Shown: positions 1 through 36,800 of the stretch, in pieces | Position numbering within the stretch: the stretch's first letter is position 1 | Layout: each line of letters opens with the position of its first letter | NCBI RefSeq assembly: GCF_018977255.1 | Contig: NW_024704742.1 | Location: 43,650,001-43,714,000, forward strand | Length of the DNA: 64,000 bases | From: Callorhinchus milii | Lineage: Eukaryota | Reading direction: 5' to 3' | Program-made: the position numbers and the translations under genes | The notes under the pieces: model-generated | Told to the model about the DNA's origin: nothing | The model's database searches: none | What the model saw: only the letters and a program-made list of their open reading frames with translations

Positions 1-575
1 AACAAAATTTGTTCAAAGACAACTGGGAAATTCTGACAAACATTTAACAAGTTGTGATTGCAACTATGGAGTGTAATGAGGAACATGCAGGTGTAATATT
101 ACTGTTAAAAGTGTAACAAAACTAAAAAAACTGCTTAATTCAAATCAAAAGGAATAATGGAGCCACCCTTTCTATCCTACACTGCAATCAGTTTGCAAAT
201 TACTGGAATGGTGATGTAGACAGGAAATGGTAGAACAAATTTGTCTGAAAAGGAAGCACACACTGACAATGAACAGACAATAATGAACACAAAATGGTGC
301 ATTAATGGTTCATAAAGCACAAGTCTGGAGTTTTTCCATCTATCTCTTCACACAGAAGTTTTACCATCAATGTACCCCTTTGAGTGCATTATTATGATTA
401 TATAATGCTATTGACCATTCAATAGATTCATTTTCAATGCATTTAAAAACAAGGTTGCTGAAAGGTTTATATGGTAATTCAATGCCAGATTACTTTTGCC
501 GAGTCAATAATAGCATTATATCATTAAAATGTATGCAAGCATGCTAAGACTCAGTGTAGTACAAGCAAAACCTAC

Positions 576-24893
<24,318 letters not shown>

Positions 24894-25044
24894 GTTGTTG
24901 CTGAGAGAGGGAGAGACGGACGGCGCCGCCGCACCGCCTTTTGTTTGCAGAGCGCACATAGAGAGATCGGAGAGATCGGAGAGACGGAGATATCTGTGTG
25001 TGAAGAGGAACACCTAAACAGTCTCCCGAGCGGCCGCACGTTAC

Positions 25045-25690
25045 GGGGAGGGGGGAGGAGGGGGAGGGAGGGGGAGGAGGGGGAGGGGGGCAGGGAGGGG
25101 GGGAGGAGGGGAGGGGAGGGAGGAGGAGGAGGAGGGAGGGGGAAGGGGGAGGGAGGAGGAGAGGGAGGAGGGAGGGGAGGGAGGGGAGGGGGAGGGAGGA
25201 GGAGGAGGGGAGGGGAGGAGGAGGAGGAGGGGAGGAGGAGGTGAGGAGGGGAGGAGGAGGAGGAGGGAGGGAGGGAGGAGGGAGGAGGGAGGGAGGAGGA
25301 GGAGGGAGGAGGAGGAGGAGGAGGGAGGGGAGGGAGGAGGAGGGAGGGAGGAGGAGGGAGGAGGAGGAGGGAGGAGGAGGAGGAGGAGGAGGAGGAGGAG
25401 GAGGAGGAGGAGGAGGAGGAGGGAGGAGGAGGAGGAGGAGGAGGAGGAGGAGGAGGAGGAGGAGGAGGGGGAGGAGGAGGAGGAGGAGGGGAGGAGGAGG
25501 AGGAGGAGGAGGAGGGGAGGGAGGAGGAGGAGGAGGAGGAGGAGGAGGAGGAGGAGGAGGAGGAGGAGGAGGAGGAGGAGGAGGAGGAGGAGGAGGAGGA
25601 GGAGGGAGGAGGAGGAGGAGGAGGAGGAGGGGAGGAGGAGGAGGAGGAGGAGGAAGGAGGGAGGAGGGGGGGGAGGGGGGAGGAGGAGGG
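25045..25690 (+). repeat. About 645-bp (GGA)n / G-rich polypurine tract
   Basis: Almost only G and A, in long GGA runs; source of the spurious poly-P/G/S/L ORFs. Confidence 0.97.
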
Positions 25691-25761
25691 CACAAACGCA
25701 GTCAAAGGAATCGGTGCGTAAAAGGGCAGCGGAGCAGCGGGTCCCCACCGCGGCCCCAGTG

Positions 25762-25860
25762 CCCTCCTTCCCCCCCCCTCCCCTCTCCCCCTCTCTCCCC
25801 CCCCCCCCCCCCCCCTCCTCTCTCCCTCTCCCCTCTCCCCCCTCCCTCCCCCTCCCCTCC
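25762..25860 (+). repeat. C/T-only polypyrimidine tract
   Basis: Directly visible. Confidence 0.9.
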
Positions 25861-25877
25861 AGCAGCAACTCCCCCTC

Positions 25878-26143
25878 CAGGCAGAGGGCGAAACCTTGGG
25901 CAAGTTTCCTTACTCCACACAGAGCCTAATAATAATCCCTCCAAAACCAAAAACAATAATAAATTGGTCATTTTCAATCTACGACTGTTTGTGGGACATT
26001 GTTGTGCGCAATTGGCTGCCGCGTTCGCCCACAAATATGCAGTCAATTCACTTTACAGTATATTCTGTGAAGCGCTTTGGGACGTCCTCCTGACATGAAA
26101 AGCGCTATATCAAATGCAAGGATTATTATTATTATTATTATTA
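25878..26143 (+). mobile_element. tRNA-derived SINE lacking most of its head
   Basis: Begins at the end of the tRNA-like part (...AGGGCGAAACCTTGGGCAAG); body and (ATT)n tail intact. Confidence 0.85.
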
Positions 26144-26257
26144 TAACTATACCTCACTTCCATGTGCACAGTGAAGCGCTTCCCGGTGTCAGGTCACTCC
26201 GGGGGGTAGTCCTCAGCCCGTCTGCAGCAGGAGGGCCGCCTGAGCAATGCATTAAGC

Positions 26258-26901
26258 TCTCCCCCCCCCCCTACACACACACCCACACACACCCCCACAC
26301 ACACCCCATACACACCCACACACACACACCCCCACACACACCCCATACACACCCACACACCCCCCCCCCCCCACACACACACCCCCACCCCACACACACA
26401 CACCCCCACAAACACCCCATACACACCCACACACCCCCCCCCCCCCCACACACACACACACACACACCCCCACACACACACCCACCCCACATGCAAACAC
26501 CCCCCCACACACACACACACCCTCCACACCACCCCCCCACACACACACACACCCACCCCCCCCCACAGACACCCCCCCACACACACCCACATACACCCCC
26601 CCACACACACACACACCCCACACACACCCCCCCCACACACACACACACCCCCCCCACATACACCCCCCCACACACACACACCCACCCCACACCACCCCCC
26701 CCACACACACACTCACCCCCCCCCCACATACACCCCCCCACACACACACACCCACATACACCCCCCCACACACACACACCCACACCCCCCCCACATACAC
26801 CCCCCCACACACACACACCCACATACACCCCCCACCACACACACACACCCCACACACCCACCCCCCCCACATACACCCCCCCACAAACACACACACACAC
26901 A
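26258..26901 (+). repeat. Compound (CA)n / C-run low-complexity tract
   Basis: Directly visible; source of the His/Thr/Pro and Val/Cys/Gly spurious ORFs. Confidence 0.97.
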
Positions 26902-27192
26902 CTAAAGACCTACAATACTCACCAGAGGCTGCAGTTCCTTTCACGGGAGGTGGATAACCTAAGCAAATGTTTTGCTGCAAAACAGATTACAATAATATGA
27001 TAACAATCGCGATTGCTTTTTTCTTGGTATGTGGCGGATCCTTTCCTGTCAGAAGGATGTCTCTTACAGGGCTCCTTGTAAATTGTAGTGACTGTGTGGG
27101 GGTTGGGGGGGGGGCAACACATGCAATGGTAATAATCATCAATGTAAAAGAAAAGATATATTGATACGTTGACTCACTTTACTTTCTCCATA

Positions 27193-27610
27193 ACAACAAC
27201 GGTAAAATTTTGTAAAGCGCCTTTCACGGCAGGAGGACGCCCCAAGACGCTGGACAGACAGAGTTTCGGACCCGAGCTGGGTTCGAGGTGGTGGAGGGTG
27301 GAGGGGTGGGGGGGAAGGAGGGTGATTGAACGTACGGTCGAAGAGGAGGGTCTTAGATGGATTTTGAAGGTGGCGAGGGAGGGGGCGAGGCAGAAGGACT
27401 GCGGGATGGAGTTCCAGAGGGTGGGGGCAGAGTGGCAGAAGGCTCACCCACCAATAGTGGGGCAGGCGATGCGGGGGACGTGAAGCAGACCAGAGCCCGT
27501 TGAGCGGAGGGAGCGAGCAGGATGGTAGGGAGTTAGGAAGGCGCAGAGGTAGAGGGGAGCAAGGCCATGGAGGGCTTTGAAAGTGAGAACCAGGATTTTG
27601 AACTGTATCG
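27193..27610 (-). mobile_element. L2 LINE 3' fragment
   Basis: Homologous to 20874-21320. Confidence 0.8.
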
Positions 27611-27909
27611 TCTATGCCTGACCTGCTGAGTGTTCCCAGCGACTTCTGTTTTTGTTTTAAAAGAAAAGTTAGTTATGTTTGCAATAAACAATGTCAATTT
27701 ATTTGGATTCTACAACTTGCTATTCAAGAGGAGTTCGGAAAACTTAGGTCTGATCTGTGAGGCATGAAAATGATATGTAAAACTGGGTGACAGGTGCGGT
27801 TTGGCAGTAGGAAAATAAGATGGACAAATGAGATCAATTATTGCTAATACTATTCTATCTCTACACGGAAAATAACTATTTATTCTGCTCATGGTTTCTG
27901 TAATAACAT

Positions 27910-28180
27910 TATAATAATCCTTACATTTGATATACCACCTTATCGTTGAAATGTCTCAAAGCGCTTTACAGGATATTCTGTAACGTGGTTTGACTGCATT
28001 TTGTTTGTGGGAGAAATGTGGCAGCCAGTTTCACAAAACACAAACAGCCATGGAGTGAGTGACCAATTTTATTTGGGGGATTGTTGGCCAGGACACCGGG
28101 AGAAACTCTCTTCTCTTTTCAAGTAGTGCTTTGGGATGTTTAATGTCCACCTGAACAGGTAGGCAGGACCTCGGGTTAAC
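27910..28180 (-). mobile_element. Deu-type SINE 3' part
   Basis: Core and tail homologous to 7826-8100. Confidence 0.65.
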
Positions 28181-28999
28181 ATAACAACTAATGTCAGTGT
28201 ATTTGGATTTTCTGATTTGCTGTTCAAGAGGAGTTGGGAGCACTTAGTTTTGAGCAGTGAGGCATGAAAATGATATGTAAATCTGGGTTGCAGGTTTACA
28301 TATACAAAATGTGGCGCCTCGGACGTGAAAGGTGCTAAATAATTGCAATTTGTTGTTTGGCGTTTTTTTTAACTTGTTTTCTCTTGCCTTCCCTTTTACA
28401 TTTCTTTTACTTATTTCCTAGTTGTTTTCCCTTTTATTGAACCTTCTGTAAAATAGGTTCAGCCATGTGCTCTCCAGCTATCTGTTCTTTCTTTGTGTGT
28501 GCACAAACTGTCAAAGTTCCATGCAGAATATTAATCGTGCAAATTAAGGTGACTAATGTAATTTATTTTAGTATTCTTTTGTTTGATATAGCTCCTCTCA
28601 CATCAGGAGGATATTTCAAATGCTTTATGTGATTTACTGTAAAGTGTATAGACTGTGTATTTTATAAAAAAATGCATTAACTTGCAGGTCCCATTCAATT
28701 TTACTGCCACTTGTGACTTAAATCCAGTACATTAGAAAATAGGTTATTTTGCATAACCTGCACTTTTGACTACTTTTAGTGATTTAGGCAACGTTGTTTA
28801 CTTTAAACTGTTTTTAAAAATGTAGAAAAACAACACACGGGAAAGGAGTGTTGCCTTGAATTATTCATTATGACTGTTTAAACAAGTGGCTGTTTTAATA
28901 TATTGAATGTTGGGTAATGCATCTGTGATATATTTATGGTCTGCGTACTTATTGGTTCTCCTCCTCTCCACCACCCCCACTCCCCCATCCCAGCCATTT

Positions 29000-29405
29000 A
29001 ATAATCCTTGCATTTGCATTTTGATAATACTTCCATTTCATATAGCACCTTATCACGTCTACTAGACATCACAAAGTGCTTCACAGAATATACTATGAAG
29101 TGAATTGACTGTATATTTTTGGGCAAAACGATTAATAACAAATAATCCTCATATCTGAAGTAGCGCCTTTCACGATGGTGGGACGTTTCAAACAGGGTTA
29201 CTGTAAATTGTATTGATTATGTATTTTCTAGGGAAATGCAACTGCTAATTTGCACACTACAATGTCGCATCTCCAATAATGCAGCGCTCACTGGGACTAT
29301 ATTGGAGTGTTAACATAGACTGTGAGTTCAAAGTCCCAATTTGGGTCTTAAAAGTACAACCTTCTGATTCAGAGGCAAGAGAGCTACCAACTCAGCCAGG
29401 CTGAC
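29000..29405 (-). mobile_element. SINE tail followed by an internally deleted Deu-type SINE
   Basis: Two consecutive tails; head CTGGCTGAGTTGGTAGCTCTCTTGCCTCTGAATCAGAAGG at about 29360-29400. Confidence 0.6.
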
Positions 29406-29433
29406 AGCAGTGCTAAAAGGGCATATGTTTCAG

Positions 29434-29706
29434 TTTATTTCTTGTCATCAGTAAGATACAATAATCATTTAAACACAATAAACAACAAAGTTAATTCATG
29501 AACAGTATTTTATTCTGTCACAAATTGTCAATATTAGATAAAAGTTCAGCATATGTATTTATTTTATGTAATTACCTTGCACATATGACTATTGGTATGC
29601 ATATCCTAAACAGAATATATTTTAACATTGAATTGGTAAATACCTTCAATGCAGACCATTGTCTACAAATTATACTATCAGCAGCACAGTTTAATACAAC
29701 TTTATT
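29434..29706 (-). terminator. Candidate LGI2 polyadenylation signals (several AATAAA, e.g. 29701-29706 and 29434-29439)
   Basis: Plus-strand TTTATT hexamers 350-620 bp past the stop codon; AT-rich context makes chance hits likely. Confidence 0.35.
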
Positions 29707-30057
29707 CTAATGTCTTAAAACTTGGATCTGAGTTTAGGTAATGTATAGGAAGAATGCAGCTTGCCAAATCTTAATGTTTGACTGGACTTTCTGGTGTTTC
29801 AATGTCTGTACCAGGAAGGAAGCCATCAAACATAGAATGTCAGTACTTGGTTCTTGGCAAGAATTTTAAGAGTATACTTATCCTCTAAATCTAGAATATA
29901 TTTTAAAAGGAAATCTCCTTCATTCTTCTCTGCTTACAAGGCCGAAGGAGAATCTGAATCAGCTTCTATTCAGATTAAATTAGCAAATTGATGAATTTCT
30001 CATAGAAAAGATAATTATCTTACTAATTCAGTTCAATCTTGGTTACTTTTCATCAAA

Positions 30058-30875
30058 TTACAAACTCAGATCAACAATTGCATGCTCAAAAATTTGTGTA
30101 TTCCCTTTAAAACTTGAGGCAAATAAAAAATCCATTCTATCTGTGGATACAGCGGTAAAAGAACGAGGAGCTTGCACGTAGACTTCTTTAAATTTTGCGA
30201 AGACCTTATTTTCAACATCCCAAGAATAAATTTGTGAGAAAGTGTAGTCACTTCCCATTACCAGGTAATATCGGTCTTTAAATGAGAAAGGCTGCAATAT
30301 CATTGATCCTCGTGAAGGCAGATCTTGTATTTCTACAAACTCCTTTGTATTCCATTTCATTATTTTAGAGTCACCAATAAATCTAGTCAGGCAAATGAAC
30401 AGGTCGCTTTCAATTCTAAAACTTTTCACAGCAATAACATCCTCCATATGTTGCATTTCACTCTGTTGGACGAACTGCTTGGAATTTTTGTTCCATTGAA
30501 AGATGTCTGGAACTTGTGACCGACTTGTTAAGATTAAATGTGACTTTCCGTCAATGTTGACATACTCTGCATCAGTATCTCGGAACCATTCGTGCATAGT
30601 CTGATAAGAATAGAATCCTTTTCCGTTCCATTTATATATTGTTGATAAGCCAGCTTTCGAGCTATCTGCTATGATAAAGAACCATTCGTTGTCAATCTGG
30701 AAAGCTTCTATGTCATTTGGTTTGGAAATTTTAGAGACTTCGATATCTTGAAATTTCACAAATTTAGTCCAGCTTTCATCGTATTTATAAATGACAGAAC
30801 CGCCAAAGAGCTGTGCAACTACAACAAAGACTTGATCTTCAATGACTATTGCTTTGCATCCAATTATTGACTGAC
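30058..30875 (-). CDS. LGI2: LGI2 exon 8 (EPTP/EAR repeats, GQSIIGCKA...VDLSL*)
   Basis: 818 bp open frame, TTTTTACAG acceptor, TAA at 30058-30060. Confidence 0.97.
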
Positions 30876-33800
30876 CTGTAAAAATACTGCAGTGCTGTTA
30901 TTTCACATTATTTGCATTTGAATAAAGACAATAATATACATTCCTTTCTCAAAGCTAAAACTGTTTAATGAACGCAAACACATACAAGGATTCCAATGGT
31001 CAATACTCCCCAATTATAGGAGTACTGAAAATTCAAATAATGTCAGAAAAAAACTTAAGGAACCTTCCACATTCCAGAACATCTCAGACAAAAGGTAAGT
31101 ATGTGATCTTAGCTTTTCAGATGTCCATGGAGTTTTAAGATATTCCACTTGGCTAATTTTATCTTGATGAATAAAAGTTTAATTTTAACGATGTTTTCCT
31201 TTGCCAAAAAATGCTTTAGTATAACTGGATTTGTTGTCGGTCAATGGTGTGTCATTTCAGCAACATACTTATAAAAATAATAAGCCTTGCATTTGGTATA
31301 TTAAGTTGTCCAGACGTCTCAAAGAGCTTCACAGGATTTACTGTGAAGTGTAGTGTGTGTGGTGAACGTGACAGTCAGTTTGCACACAGCAATGTCCCAC
31401 AAACTTCATGAAATGAATGAATAATTTTATTTGGAGGATTGATGGCCAGGGCACCAGGAGAAAATCCCTTCTCTTTATTGAAATTTTGGTAATTGGAATC
31501 AAAAAGACTACAAGAAATTTAAATTAGAAAAATAACAAGATATTTTCAGATTAAGCCAAAATCAGGACCCCGTAGAAAAAAACAGAAAAGCAGAAGTGTT
31601 TCAACAGACTTCCTTACTCAGAAAGAATTATAACTGTAATAAATAATATATCATCCTTGCATTTGATATAGCGCTTTTCATGTCTTCTAGACATCTCAAA
31701 GCACTTCACAGAATATACTGTAAAGTGTTGACTGTATGTTTGTGGGTGAAACGCAGGAGCCAATTGCGCAGTCGTGGATTGAACTGACTAATTTATTATT
31801 GTTTATTTTTCTTGAGTGATTATTATCAGGTGTGTGGAGTAAGGAAACTTGCCCAATGTTTTGCTCTGCCGGGAATCGAACCCACTCTCGCTTGCAAGGC
31901 AAGTTCTCTAACCACTGAGCTACAGGAGTCCGAACTGTAACTTTGTTTGCTAGTCGCCAGTAACAATGTTAATAATAATAATGTTGAAGGCAATAAAAGC
32001 TTAGTGCATCATGCCTAAAAATGTCAGGAGTATCAAAATCCATAAATAGGAAGGTTAGAGGTAACAATTTTTATAACAATCTTATAACACTTGACAAAAA
32101 AGTTAAACATTCACAGAATGTATGAGAGTCAATACAAGACCCAAACATGTCTCACTAACATCTGAGCACTTTCACTTGAGAGGAAATTTTATCCCACAAT
32201 TGGAAAGATGTTTTCCTGTTTGTTTCCAGTTCTCCAGTATAAATTTCCTGGCCACTCAAAGCACAAGTGGGCATAAAAGATTTTTATGAAATATCTGGCA
32301 TTGTACCAAGGACAGGGTGCCATAGCTTCTCACTAAGTAAGGGGCTAATCCAGTGCAGAGAAATAGCATGCTGCGGGACTTTCACATGAGCTTTATGCTA
32401 TACTGTTTTAATTCCAATGTGTAGTTTGATTGTTAACGATTCTTCAAAGTTCATGCAGCAAGAAACAAATAGACATTAATTGCTGGGTTTGTAAAGCAAT
32501 AATATACATCTGTGAATTTCGAGTACAAGACAAGAGATGGTCTATATGCTATTTTGTTTGCTGGGTACACTGTTTACATGATGTGATCTGCTTTTGATAT
32601 TATCAATTGCTAAATTATTCAAGTAATCTATCTCAGTTGCCTCTTCCTGTTTCAGGTTCGATAGCCCTACTCCACAGAAGGAAGCCTTGAAAATATGCTC
32701 AGAAAAAAAGCACTTCTGCACGACTCAGTGGGCTGATTAACCAACATTCAGCTCTGTGGAAAGTTACATCTGTGATTCACCAGGAGTCACCACGTATTAT
32801 TCTCCCACATCTTTAAGCTTTACTATTTTGCATCACTTACAATACAATTTTAGCAAACAAAAATAGGATATGAACTTTCTCATGTCTTGTATGTGAAATA
32901 CAGACAATTAAATAGTATCTTTCACATTGAACGAACATCTCAAACTGCTTTGCTTTTTAAGGAAATATGTGTTGACTGGTATAATTTATCTTTATTTTTG
33001 TGTTTTGCCGATCTTCTACTTGAGATATATTTTCCAGAGTGAATCAATGGTAATGGCTAATGCTATTGTGCAGGGTTGAGAACATATCTACACCTCCAAG
33101 TCTCATTGATAAGGCAGATATTTTGGTCAGCCAATAACAACACCTTGGATCACTGTCTCTCCTTGAAGCAAGTAATTGAGACCTTGCTTATCTTCTTTCA
33201 CCCACCCTCCAACAATATATTGGTTAGAAATGCTACTCATTTTATTGACTCCAAAAGTGTGCCGGGTTCATTGGAGTCGCCAGGATTTAAACCGAGCACC
33301 TTCTGACCCCCAAATCAGGATGGTATATTAATATATCAGATGCTAAGGGAACAGCAACAAATTAATAAGCATCTACTCCCTGAGATATATGCCAAAATAC
33401 ATCCCAGTTTACCATCAACTTAACCAATCTTGAAATAGTAAGTATATAAGTTTTAGTCACCAATAGTATTGTCTATTATGATATGGTTTCCAGTCATAGG
33501 CTGTCAACCTGGCTCACTTGGTAGTATTCTCCCCTCAGTCAGAAGGTTATGGGTTCAAGCCCTAAGTCAGCACTTTGAACTCATATAGTCTGAACTGACA
33601 GTTCAGTATAGATGCTATGTAAGATGTTATGACAGATAAGATGTTAAACTGAGTTCCCATCTGCCTATTTAGGTGGACGTTCGGTTGTGGTATTTCAAAG
33701 GCTCCCTTTATGCACATACATACACTTTACACATATTTCCACTTTACGTGTTGATTAAAATCTGCAAAAGAGAAGGGAGTTTCTCCCTGTGTCCTGGCCA

Positions 33801-36800
33801 ACAATTACCCAATAAAATTGGTCATGCACTTTTTTGGCTGTTTATTCATAATAACTGATTAAATAGCTCCATTGGCAGAGATTGAGAAGATGCCTATTCT
33901 CTGGTTTGTGAAACTTACCATGCATGGTGGAGGAGCGGGGTGAGTTTAGACACAGACAGGTAGGCAGGCAGGCAGGCAGAAAGTAATTAAAATGGGTGAA
34001 ACTTATCAATATAGTATAACTGATATAATTTTAAAGGAATTTATGATTTTCCCAGTGAGTGCTTCTCTGCACCACTGTAAAACGAGTGCTCCAGGCACAT
34101 ACAGGGTGACCAAAAAGTCGGGATATCTACCCTATTATTTAAAAAAATTAAAATATCATAATTTCCTTAAGACTTATTAGACATTGTAATGGTATCATGG
34201 CTTTTTAATCACCTTGTACTTAGCTGCAATGCAGTTCAATGAAAGGCTAATTTTGGATGACTGATAATCTCACAGTTGTCATGAGTCATTGTATTCTTGT
34301 CACCAGTTCTTTGAATCTTAAGCGATGTCTTGAAACTCAAGATACCATCTATATGTTCTCTTGTTATTCTAGGATTATTGATTCTAGATGTGGAAACAAA
34401 ATTCTAGTGGACACAGTCCATCGACCCTTCTCCCTACAGATTTCTGTTTTAATTCACTTCCTGAAGTTGTTTAATTAGAAATACTGACAGTTTACTGCTC
34501 AGCACTGGAAAAGAAACTGATCTTTCTCAGATATGCTCTTCTTTAAGATAATTGGCAAAAGAACTAAAGGGGAGATGAGGAGTGGGACTGATTGGGTAGC
34601 TCTTCCAAAGAGCCAGTGCAGCCACGATGGGCCAAATGGCCTCCTTCTGCGTTGTAATACTCTATAATCCTATGATTCTTTCTGGGATTTGTTTTTCTTT
34701 CTCATTTATAGGCAATTAAGCCTGTTCCTTAATAGCTCATCAAATCACATATCCTTTTTTCTCTTCTGAGTATATTATATACTATAAAGTGGAGTGAAGT
34801 GTGTTTTGTGGGTGATTTTTTTTCACACCATTCTTGGTTCCTAGTCAAATTGGATGATTAACAAATTAATAATTTACTTTAAATCATTTGTACTAAATTA
34901 AGTAACAATATAACAATCCTTGATTTGGTATAGCACCTTATCATGTCATTAAAAAGTCTCAAAGTACTTTACAGCATTTACTGTAAAGTGGAGTGACTGC
35001 ATTTTTAGGTGAATGCGGCAGGTAACTTGATACAGGAATGTTCCACAACATCTATAACGTGAATGATCGATGTTATGTGGGAGATCAGGATGAAACCCGG
35101 GAAATTCGGGTGAAACTCCTTTGACTGTTCAGGAAATCCAGGTGAAACTCCCTTCACTTTTCGAATACTACCATGGGATTTTTAACATCCATCTGAGATG
35201 GTACCCTACGTGGCAGGTGCTATATCAGTGCAAGTTGTTGTTGTTTAAGATAATAAAGGGAATTGACAAGCCACAGAGTAGATGACTGTTCCCTCAAGTA
35301 AAGGCATCCAATTCAAATGCTATCTTAACATTATGGCTAGGACAATTAGGAATGAGATCAGAAAAGAATTTTACACACAGAGACATGCAGAAATGTACAC
35401 TGTACTCTCCCAGAGGTGGAACAAGTTAGGAAGTTTAAAGGGGAAATAGATACTTGGGAATTAAGAGTATTAAAAAATGGGTAAGGAGGAAGGGCAGTGA
35501 AACGGTATTGAAAGATTTGTTGCGAATTAATAATCTGGTGGTCCAGGCTTGCTGGTCTGAATAGCTTCTTTCTGTTCTGATAATTAATAATAAAAATAAT
35601 GATAACATATTTCATGTGTGATCTTATAAGGTGAATAATAAACTATTTCACTATGGAAATTACACACAGGAACCTGATCCAGTTTTATCCTAATGTCTAT
35701 AAATGCACACAGTCTGGGAGAGGTAACAGATTGTAATCAATCTGCTGCTTCTATTCATCTCTAACTTGGCAGCACTGAGGCCAATGTTAGTGTCCACACT
35801 GCTGCTTCAGCTAACTCTACAAAAATTATGATTGAATTTGGGACATCCCGAGATCAGGACTAGACTATGTTACCAAAGCAATGACATTTTTAGAACTTTC
35901 TAAACTATGGAAAGGTTGTTAATTTGAAGTAATGGTAAGCTTGACAGAATGTGAAAGGAGATGATAAAGATTTACTGTATAGCCACTCTATGCCTGTTTG
36001 CCTTTAGGCTCTACACATGCCAAATCTCCTTTGTATTTGTAGTATGAGATGTTATAGTAATCATAATTTGAATCATTCAGCTTTGACCAATTATGATAAG
36101 AATATATATACACATTTATATCAGCTGTCAATGGAGATTCATACGTACCAGTGATATTATCGTAACTTCTAAAATTCATTTCAATGTGATCCCATTGTAA
36201 CACTCTGCAGTTTCCCACATTTGGCTGTGCAATTGCTACAAATATGTCGTCTTTGAAAGAGAACGTGTCCACAGACAGAGATTGGTAGGGTAAAACCTGG
36301 TGCACCACGAACTCTGCATATAACAAAAAAATTCACATTATATAGGTCAATAATAGGTATATATCGCAATATTTAATTTATCTTTTCTCCCATTTAATGA
36401 ATAGTCACTCCTTTTGATTACAACACAGCAAATATTCTGCCCAACATTGTCCAACAACACCCTACTTACAAAGGTGGTGAGAGCTTTATAAAATATTGTA
36501 GCATATCTGGGGATCATGACTGGTGGATAAGGTCTTTGGCTTTCACCACAAAGGAGAACAGCGAAGACAGAGGCACACCTGATCATTATCAAGCCCATTA
36601 TGGGATCAGGAGGTCACAGGTTCTCCCATCACACAACAACATCTTGCATTCATATAATGCACTTAACTCGGAGAGGCGGCTTGGAGCTCTGCGCAAAGGT
36701 GGAGATGGGCTCCAGGGAATGTGCAGCACTTTCTCAGCAGGAAGCTGTTGTTACCTCCATCAACAGGGACATTAAGGGGTATAAAAGGATTACTACAGGC

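Noticed and set aside
26077..27000. His/Pro/Thr-rich and Val/Cys/Gly-rich ORFs
   Set aside because: Artefacts of the CA/C-run repeat.
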